A stretch of 64,000 nucleotides of DNA from Blastocladiella emersonii ATCC 22665 (Eukaryota; Fungi; Blastocladiomycota), in assembly GCA_025594325.1 (NCBI GenBank), contig JANHCV010000005.1:1860001-1924000 (forward strand). The letters are read 5' to 3'. Positions 60,268 to 64,000 of this stretch are shown piece after piece. A program made the translations under genes and the position numbers. The stretch's first letter is position 1. Each line of letters begins with the position of its first letter. Below the pieces are notes generated by a model, which saw nothing but the letters and a program-made list of their open reading frames with translations, was not told the origin of the DNA and did not search any database.

Positions 60268-61428
60268 TCAGCTCGAGGAGGACGGTTGCGTGGTAGCCGC
60301 AGAAGCCGAAGACGACGACGACCCAGCCGCTCCATCTGTGGCTTCGAGTTCAGCCAAGGCCCGGTCGCGCTGCCGCTCGAATGACATGATATGCCTGCGG
60401 TACTGGTCCTCGTTCCGTCGGCCCTGCTCCAACAGACGGTACTCCCGAGCGATGGCCTTCTCGTACCTGCACTCGATAATCGCGCGCGGCGAGAGCTGGA
60501 CGGTTGCTTGCCGGCGGGACTGAGAGCTCGTCGATCCCGAAGCGGGAGCGGCCGTCGTTGCAGCCGGCACGACGACCGTTAGGGTGGCAGGGTGAGCGGA
60601 CGAACTCGCCGCGGCCAGTGCGGGAGCTTGAACGGGCGTTGCTGCGGCGATAGTCGGAGGAATGACTTGAGCGGGTACGGCGGCCGTGGTCGGGACCACA
60701 GGTTGAGCGGGCGCCGCTGCAGCGACCGGGACCGGGGGCTGGGTAGGAGCGGTGGTAGTGGCGACGACCAAGGGTCGAGCGAGAGCAGATGCAGCACCAG
60801 CGGCCGGGACCGGGGACCGTGCTGGAACGGCGGTCGAGGCAGCAGGGACCGATGGCCGGGCAGCTACAGCAGCAGCGGCCGGGACCGCGGACCGACCGGG
60901 TGCGGGCGCGATGGGCTGCGCGGGGCCCTTGCCCTTAGCGACAGCGGCCGGAAGCGGCTTGCCGTGGACGAGCCCGTCGAGCGCATTCACGACCTTGGTG
61001 AGCCCAACGAGCGACGCGGCGCTGCCGACGGACGGCGCCGACGGGCCTCTGTTCTGCAGCGACAGCTTCTGGACGAGCACCGTGAGCCGGCGAAGGTCGG
61101 CCGCCTTCACCGTCACCAGGGCGTCGTAGTGCGAGACTGGCTTTCGCAGCGGCGAAGGGACGCCCTGGACGGAACGCAGCGGGCGAGCGTTGCTGTGGAC
61201 GACGGCAGTGCCGGACACGCGCGGAAAGTTGGGCGCGGCTGAATTCGATGAGCTGGGTGAGGTTGGCATTGCGCCGGACGCCGACTCAGACAGCGGCGAT
61301 GGATACATGGCGACGCTTGAAGTGACTGGCCCAGCGGAGCCGTTTTTCGGACTCGTCGTAGGCGAGGACGAGGACGATGGCGGTGCAGGGTCAATCGTGG
61401 TCATGGTTGCCACGCTGGCGGTGGTCAT
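60268..61428 (-). CDS. Hypothetical low-complexity protein, family E copy 2
   Basis: LVTVKAADLRRL...SLVGLTKVVNALDGLV; C-terminal SPRAIIECRYEKAI helix. Confidence 0.7.
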   Translation of the reverse strand: MTTASVATMTTIDPAPPSSSSSPTTSPKNGSAGPVTSSVAMYPSPLSESASGAMPTSPSSSNSAAPNFPRVSGTAVVHSNARPLRSVQGVPSPLRKPVSHYDALVTVKAADLRRLTVLVQKLSLQNRGPSAPSVGSAASLVGLTKVVNALDGLVHGKPLPAAVAKGKGPAQPIAPAPGRSAVPAAAAVAARPSVPAASTAVPARSPVPAAGAASALARPLVVATTTAPTQPPVPVAAAAPAQPVVPTTAAVPAQVIPPTIAAATPVQAPALAAASSSAHPATLTVVVPAATTAAPASGSTSSQSRRQATVQLSPRAIIECRYEKAIAREYRLLEQGRRNEDQYRRHIMSFERQRDRALAELEATDGAAGSSSSSASAATTQPSSSS

Positions 61429-61630
61429 TGCGAAGTTGCGAAGAATTGAGGGGAGAGAGGGTAAGCGCCTGAGAAGCGCCGCATTCATCGCGTCCTTGCG
61501 CAGTAGGTACCCGCATCTGCCTCGTGGTTAGGAAAAGGCTCCCCTGAGAACGCATACCGGATCACTTGATCGAGTTCGTTTCATCACACAAGCTCAAGTA
61601 CTAGTAGAAACCGAGGTATACATTACACAA

Positions 61631-62583
61631 TCACTGATTAGAAGGCGCCGCAGCGGAGCTCGAGGCGGCCATCAGACCCGCGGCATCGAGCGGCGCGATG
61701 ACCATGGCTGCGGACGGGACGACGTTGTTCGGTGGACGGATGGCCATGCCCTTGTTGAGCATGTCCAGGGCCTTGTTGTGCTCCATTTCAATCTCGGCAA
61801 CATTGCGGCGGTACCGGTCAGCCCTCAGCTTGCTCTCTTCCATGAGGTGGCGCTGCTCCGCGATGGCCATGTCGTACTGAGCCTCGACCACCGCGCGCGG
61901 CGAGATGGCCATGGAGTGCGATGAACGGGTATCCGGATTGCTTTGAGCGGCAGTCGGACCAACTGAGGCGTGGACCGTCGCCGCACGAGCGGGCGTGGGT
62001 GCTGCACTTGGGGCGCTCGAGGCCGCTGGAACGGCCGCCGTCGATGGCCCAACTGCCGGGGCTGGAAGCGTGCGACCATGGGGACCGCAGCTGGTCCCGC
62101 GGCGGCCGGAGCCGGCGCCTGGGCAGCTTTGGCCTTGATGACCGGGGCAAGCACGCTTAACTGCCCGACGATGCTCCTGAGGCCGGCCATCGAGTCGGCC
62201 GCGTGGACCGAAGATGCCTCGGGACACTCGGCGTGCTGCGACAGGTCGCGGACCAGCGCCGCGAGCTGAACGAGGTCAGTGGCCTTGACCGCGACGAGGT
62301 GCTCTGGTTGCACCGTCGCTTTGCGCTGAGAGCGCAGCGCGCGCGGACTGCCGTGCGCCGAGTTGTTTCCGGCAGCATGAGAAGCGCTTGCAAGCGATTC
62401 GGTTGAGCCGTGAGAGACTGCCGCGAGAAGCTCGGCCGAGTTTGACGTTCCGGCCAAGCGACGAGGCGCTGGCATGGCCGAAGTCGACTTCGGACCTTGG
62501 CCTGAAGGTTCTGCCGAGTTGGGCGCCGTGGGGGCATAGTCCGGGATGGCGGTAGACGGGAACGAGATGTCGAAGGAGGACAT
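61631..62583 (-). pseudogene. Hypothetical low-complexity protein, family E copy 3 (frameshift)
   Basis: LVAVKATDLVQL core in one frame, SPRAVVEAQYDMAI tail in another; shift near 62080. Confidence 0.6.
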
Positions 62584-62934
62584 GTTTGCTTGACTCGTCG
62601 CGGTTGAAGCAAGCTGAACTGCTCGAGTGGTCCGTGCGAGGAGAGCACGCTCTTCAAGTTTCCAGCGCGCTCTCTGCACTGCAGAGGAAGGCTTGCATTG
62701 CGCATTACCAAGCTCCTGAGCGACTACGTGATGTGCACTTCGGAGGGCAAAACGATCACATGAGTGGCGCAGCGCGTCGAAGCGCGTTATCAGCCACCTC
62801 GCATCGAGCCAGCTTTGGGGATTGGTAGCAAACGAGCATCTATACTGAGAAACAATACACGGAACGAAGTCAAAAGTGCGTGGGGAGCGAGGGACTGTAC
62901 AGGGTGAGGGAACGAGGTTGGGACCGGATCCGGA

Positions 62935-64000
62935 TCAGCTGCGGATCTTGTCCGTGTAGATGGCGTAGGTCTGGGTCGACGCCGTGGACTTGTGGTACGC
63001 CTCCATGGCGCGGTCGCGCTTGAGGTCACGGATGGTGCGCTCGAGGGCGGCCTTCTCGTCGATCTCGCGCGTGAGGTGCCCGCTGTACTCCTCGCGCACC
63101 TCGGCGAGTAGCTTGCGGAACTCCTTGCGCAGCGCCACCACGGTCGGGTTGCGCTCGCCGTCGCCGATCGCGTTGACGGTCGCCTCCTCGACCTTGGCCT
63201 TGAGCTCGGCTACCTCGGCGCGCTGCGCCGCGATCACCTTCTCGAGCTTCTTGCGCTCCGAGTCGAAATCGGTGAAGTTGCCCGCGAGCCGGTCAAACTC
63301 CTTGAGCACGCCCTCGTATTCGAGGTTCAGGTCCTGGTGCCGCTTCTCGAGCCGCTCCATCTCGCCCGACAGCGCGTCCTCGCGCGCCATGGACTTGTTG
63401 AGCACCTGCCCGAGCTGCTCCTCCATGGCCGCCACCTGCTCCTGCAGCGCGCGGTGCTTGGCGAAATCGATCCCCTCGGCGTCGCCGAGCTTGGCGCGGA
63501 GCTCCTCGACGACGCGCTCGTGCGCGGCGCGGTCCGCGTCGCGCGCCTGCGCGAGCCGCTGCAGCTGCGCCTTGACGTCGTCGCGCTCCTGTTCGACGGC
63601 GCCGATCTCGCGTCTAAGCGCGTCGACCTGCTGTCCGAGCGCGTCGTTCTGGTTCTGGACGCCCGTCAGCTCGCTCTCGTACGCGGCCATGTCGTCCTGG
63701 AACCGCTGCTCGTCGTCGGCGATCTTGGCCTCGAGCTCGCGCACGCGGCGTTTCCGCTCGGCCACCTCGTCGTCGAGCTGCGCCTGCACCGCCTCGAGCT
63801 CGCCCGCGAGCTGCTGCACCTTGCGCGCGTGCTGGTCCGTCAGGTCGCGCACGTCCTCGGCGTGCTGCGCCTTGGCCTTGTCGGCGGCCTGCGCGAGCCG
63901 GTCCAGCTGCTTCTCACGGTCCTCGAGCGTGCGCGTCAGGTCCTCGATCTGCGCCGTGAGCGTGGCGCGGACCGACGCGAGCTCGCGGTCGACGGCCTCG
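62935..64000 (-). CDS. Long coiled-coil protein, 3' part (resembles the C-terminus of fungal Uds1/involucrin-repeat proteins)
   Basis: Open to the window edge; heptad-rich; ends TVVALRKEFRKLLAEVREEY...EKAALERTIRDLK. Confidence 0.75.
   Translation of the reverse strand, partial: EAVDRELASVRATLTAQIEDLTRTLEDREKQLDRLAQAADKAKAQHAEDVRDLTDQHARKVQQLAGELEAVQAQLDDEVAERKRRVRELEAKIADDEQRFQDDMAAYESELTGVQNQNDALGQQVDALRREIGAVEQERDDVKAQLQRLAQARDADRAAHERVVEELRAKLGDAEGIDFAKHRALQEQVAAMEEQLGQVLNKSMAREDALSGEMERLEKRHQDLNLEYEGVLKEFDRLAGNFTDFDSERKKLEKVIAAQRAEVAELKAKVEEATVNAIGDGERNPTVVALRKEFRKLLAEVREEYSGHLTREIDEKAALERTIRDLKRDRAMEAYHKSTASTQTYAIYTDKIRS

Noticed and set aside
1-64000. rRNA, tRNA, CRISPR arrays, telomeric repeats
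   Set aside because: None recognised; the dispersed 20-bp motif is not regularly spaced

Overview
Eukaryotic, GC-rich DNA with short spliceosomal introns (GTACG/GTAAG donors, CTAAC/CTGAC branch points). The gene content is fungal, most likely an early-diverging fungus; Blastocladiomycota-like is my inference only. Intact housekeeping genes: IMPACT/YIH1, DUF1279, a PY-motif membrane protein, TOM40, FMT1 (5-12 kb); an OMS1-like methyltransferase and the plasma-membrane H+-ATPase PMA1 (42-49 kb); a partial Uds1-like coiled-coil gene (63-64 kb). These are interleaved with decaying accessory families: nine F-box-like helical paralogues (families A, C, D), two SNF2-like pseudo-ATPase paralogues (B), three low-complexity paralogues (E), and an intron-containing gene with giant-virus/phage-type HNH motifs. 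The main structure is a nested palindrome. Near-identical 4.93-kb inverted arms (21572-26500 / 53301-58229) and older, diverged inner arms (~39.3-41.0 kb / ~49.3-51.0 kb) enclose an ~8-kb unique core carrying PMA1, OMS1 and a small secreted peptide. The offset between the two inversion registers (~10.55 kb) matches the C1-to-C3 paralogue distance (10.57 kb). Most accessory genes, including unrelated ones, share a 5' signature: ACGCGT-N8-CAYRTG about 90-180 bp upstream, and an ACYT(G/C)ATGCA box at the start codon. All homology and domain calls were made by eye, without database searches.
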